A stretch of 37,317 nt of DNA. Source: a virus (Duplodnaviria > Caudoviricetes). The notes beneath the pieces were generated by a model. It was not told the DNA's origin and searched no databases. It saw only the letters and a program-made list of their open reading frames with translations. Both the position numbers and the translations under genes were made by a program. The DNA lies in the IMG/VR virus record IMGVR_UViG_3300044723_003130, positions 1-37,317 of that record, one strand, 5' to 3'. Below, piece by piece: positions 35,717 through 37,317 of this stretch (positions are counted from its first letter, which is position 1; every line of letters begins with the position of its first letter).

Positions 35717-36396
35717 TAGTTATAATAACTTGTTGATGGTAATATTCTCGTAGATGGAGTATCATCACCTGCGATTAATCTTTCATAAGCTTGTTCGTAA
35801 TCTAATTTTAATTCAGCTCTAGTTGCTTGTTGTATTCCACTTCTTTTTTTAGATAAATAATAAGCAAGACCAGCACACATACATTCAAAAGCTCTAAATG
35901 GTATATCAATATTTTGTTCTACTCCATTAACTGTAGAAGCTGTAATATCTTGTATCTTTCTCATTCTATAATATCTTAATGTATAAGCTTGATCAGGTGT
36001 TGGGTAAATTAAAACTTGTGGAGTATTTAATCTTTGTAAATAAAACTGTGTAGGTCTAGATTGAGAAGTTTTATTTGATATAGCAGCATAATCATTAACA
36101 CCTAAACGTGTCATTGAATATTCTGTAGTTCCATCTAAAATATTTGCATTAATAATATCTATTGTATCATAATCAAGTGTATAAGTATTAGTACCTTGAG
36201 TTAATGATAAATCTTTTAATTCAACTGTCCATTGATTGTAACCACGATTAGCCCAATCACTAAACATAATATTTAAACTACGTCTAGCTGACCTTACATC
36301 ATAACCTAAAATAGGATCTCCTCCTATTCTATCGTAAGCTTCCTGTATAACATCGTTTACAGTTAAATTATATGTAGCTGTTCCAGATGTAGCCAT
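35716..36396 (-). CDS. Head-tail connector / ring protein
   Basis: Start moved to 36396 (TAATG overlap). MATSGT...IQEAYDRIG...ARRSLN...WANRG...RP.QFY...AGLAYYL. Confidence 0.65.
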   Translation of the reverse strand: MATSGTATYNLTVNDVIQEAYDRIGGDPILGYDVRSARRSLNIMFSDWANRGYNQWTVELKDLSLTQGTNTYTLDYDTIDIINANILDGTTEYSMTRLGVNDYAAISNKTSQSRPTQFYLQRLNTPQVLIYPTPDQAYTLRYYRMRKIQDITASTVNGVEQNIDIPFRAFECMCAGLAYYLSKKRSGIQQATRAELKLDYEQAYERLIAGDDTPSTRILPSTSYYN

Positions 36397-36686
36397 TATG
36401 CAAAGAAACAAGTTACAGAGCTTGCACCATTTGCAGAAATATTAACTTTTAAATCAGTTCCAAATTTTACACCTTCATCTGGTAAACTTATGTTAATAGG
36501 TCCACTATCCGCACTTGCTCCAGTTGATACAACAAATTTTGTAGTAGCGTCATCTACAAAAGTAACAGTTCCAGCAGTCGCACTAGGCGTAATGATGAAA
36601 GCTTTTAATCTTGTAGGTCCCGCAAATACTGAAACATTAGAACCTTGCGTAGTTGTACTGTTTGCAAATATATCAGATCCTGCCAT
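36396..36686 (-). CDS. Small virion structural protein
   Basis: 96 aa, beta-rich (GPTRLK, LPDEGVKF); SD AAGGAGG. Confidence 0.65.
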   Translation of the reverse strand: MAGSDIFANSTTTQGSNVSVFAGPTRLKAFIITPSATAGTVTFVDDATTKFVVSTGASADSGPINISLPDEGVKFGTDLKVNISANGASSVTCFFA

Positions 36687-36696
36687 ATTTTCCTCC

Positions 36697-37173
36697 TTAA
36701 ATTAAATTTTGTTTTCTTAAATTAGCATATAGTAACTTAATTCTATCTTCATTGCTAGTAGGTTGTGCTATTACTGGAGATAGATAATCTTTTGCTATTT
36801 CTTTTCTAAAATCAATAGGTCTATTTAAATCAATACTCATTGTTTTATCAAAAGGCATAGTTGTACCTCCTAATGATTCTTGTTCTCCAAACGTACTTAA
36901 AACTTTTTCAATATCAGCTAATTTTTCGTCTAAGTCTTTTTCTTTACCTTCTTCTTCTTTTTTAGCTTCTGCCTCTTTTATAATTTTTTCAATATCTGAT
37001 GATTCTTCATCAATATCTTTTATTTCTTTAGATTTAATTTTTTCTTTTTCTTTTTCTAAAGCTGCTTTAATAGATTCAGCAGAGCTTCTTTCTTCTTCGT
37101 CTTCTATATCAGTATTAGCAAAATCTCTTAATGCTTTTCCTTCTTTTTTTAAAAAATCAAAATTAAATTCCAT
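36697..37173 (-). CDS. Highly charged (E/K-rich) hypothetical protein
   Basis: 158-aa ORF with SD AAAGGAG. Confidence 0.65.
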   Translation of the reverse strand: MEFNFDFLKKEGKALRDFANTDIEDEEERSSAESIKAALEKEKEKIKSKEIKDIDEESSDIEKIIKEAEAKKEEEGKEKDLDEKLADIEKVLSTFGEQESLGGTTMPFDKTMSIDLNRPIDFRKEIAKDYLSPVIAQPTSNEDRIKLLYANLRKQNLI

Positions 37174-37190
37174 AAAACTCCTTTAATAAC

Positions 37191-37208
37191 GAGGGCCCGA
37201 AGGCCCTC
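37191..37208 (-). terminator. GC-rich hairpin with C(UUCG)G tetraloop, probable weak terminator or stabiliser
   Basis: Minus strand GAGGGCC-TTCG-GGCCCTC just after the upstream stop codon; followed by GTTATT rather than a full U-tract. Confidence 0.6.
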
Positions 37209-37215
37209 AGAAATA

Positions 37216-37317
37216 TTAAGTTACGTTATTGTTTTGTACGTAAGTAACAGTTACAATAGCTTCGCCAGTTGTTCCATCTCCGTCAGTCGCAGTAAATACT
37301 CCGATAACATTAATATC
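37216..37317 (-). CDS. 3' end of a truncated gene, probably a capsid-decoration/structural protein
   Basis: Open frame DINVIGVFTATDGDGTTGEAIVTVTYVQNNNVT* running in from the window edge. Confidence 0.55.
   Translation of the reverse strand, partial: DINVIGVFTATDGDGTTGEAIVTVTYVQNNNVT

Noticed and set aside
1303-36705. Short plus-strand ORFs in the track (e.g. 1303-1485, 3593-3820, 4166-4423, 5480-5746, 16835-17155, 19137-19382, 25045-25338, 31985-32365, 36490-36705)
   Set aside because: They are antisense shadows of well-supported minus-strand genes, with no SD or recognisable motifs.
1-37317. tRNA, rRNA, CRISPR array, intron/intein, integrase or IS element
   Set aside because: None seen: intergenic gaps are short, and PolA and the helicases are uninterrupted and of normal length.

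Overview
An AT-rich (roughly 30% GC by eye) 37 kb segment of a tailed dsDNA phage genome, most likely a marine podovirus of the pelagiphage type (the SAR11/alphaproteobacterial host is an inference). Almost all genes are on the minus strand. Reading in transcription order (right to left): a structural module (end of a probable capsid-decoration gene, head-tail adaptors, a GT2-like glycosyltransferase, tail/fibre proteins, three tandem 2OG-Fe(II) oxygenases, tail nozzle, GNAT-like protein, three internal/ejection proteins); a lysis module (T7-type amidase, holin, a tiny membrane peptide); one inverted SNF2-family helicase; a replication operon (SSB-like protein, AEP primase, DEDDh exonuclease, UvrD helicase, family A DNA polymerase, VRR-NUC nuclease); and small early-type genes with stem-loop leaders. 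The most notable element is a translationally coupled block at 3430-11638 surrounding polA: a divergent C5-cytosine methyltransferase, a MazG/PRA-PH-like NTP pyrophosphatase, a T4 beta-glucosyltransferase-like protein, a dNMP kinase, a thymidylate-synthase homologue carrying the dCMP-type Asp, a dCMP deaminase, an atypical UDP-sugar dehydrogenase and an NH3-dependent NAD synthetase (NadE). This looks like a pyrimidine hypermodification pathway that may place an oxidised (uronic acid or uronamide) sugar on phage DNA. The product is inferred, not shown. All family assignments come from motif recognition by eye, without database searches.
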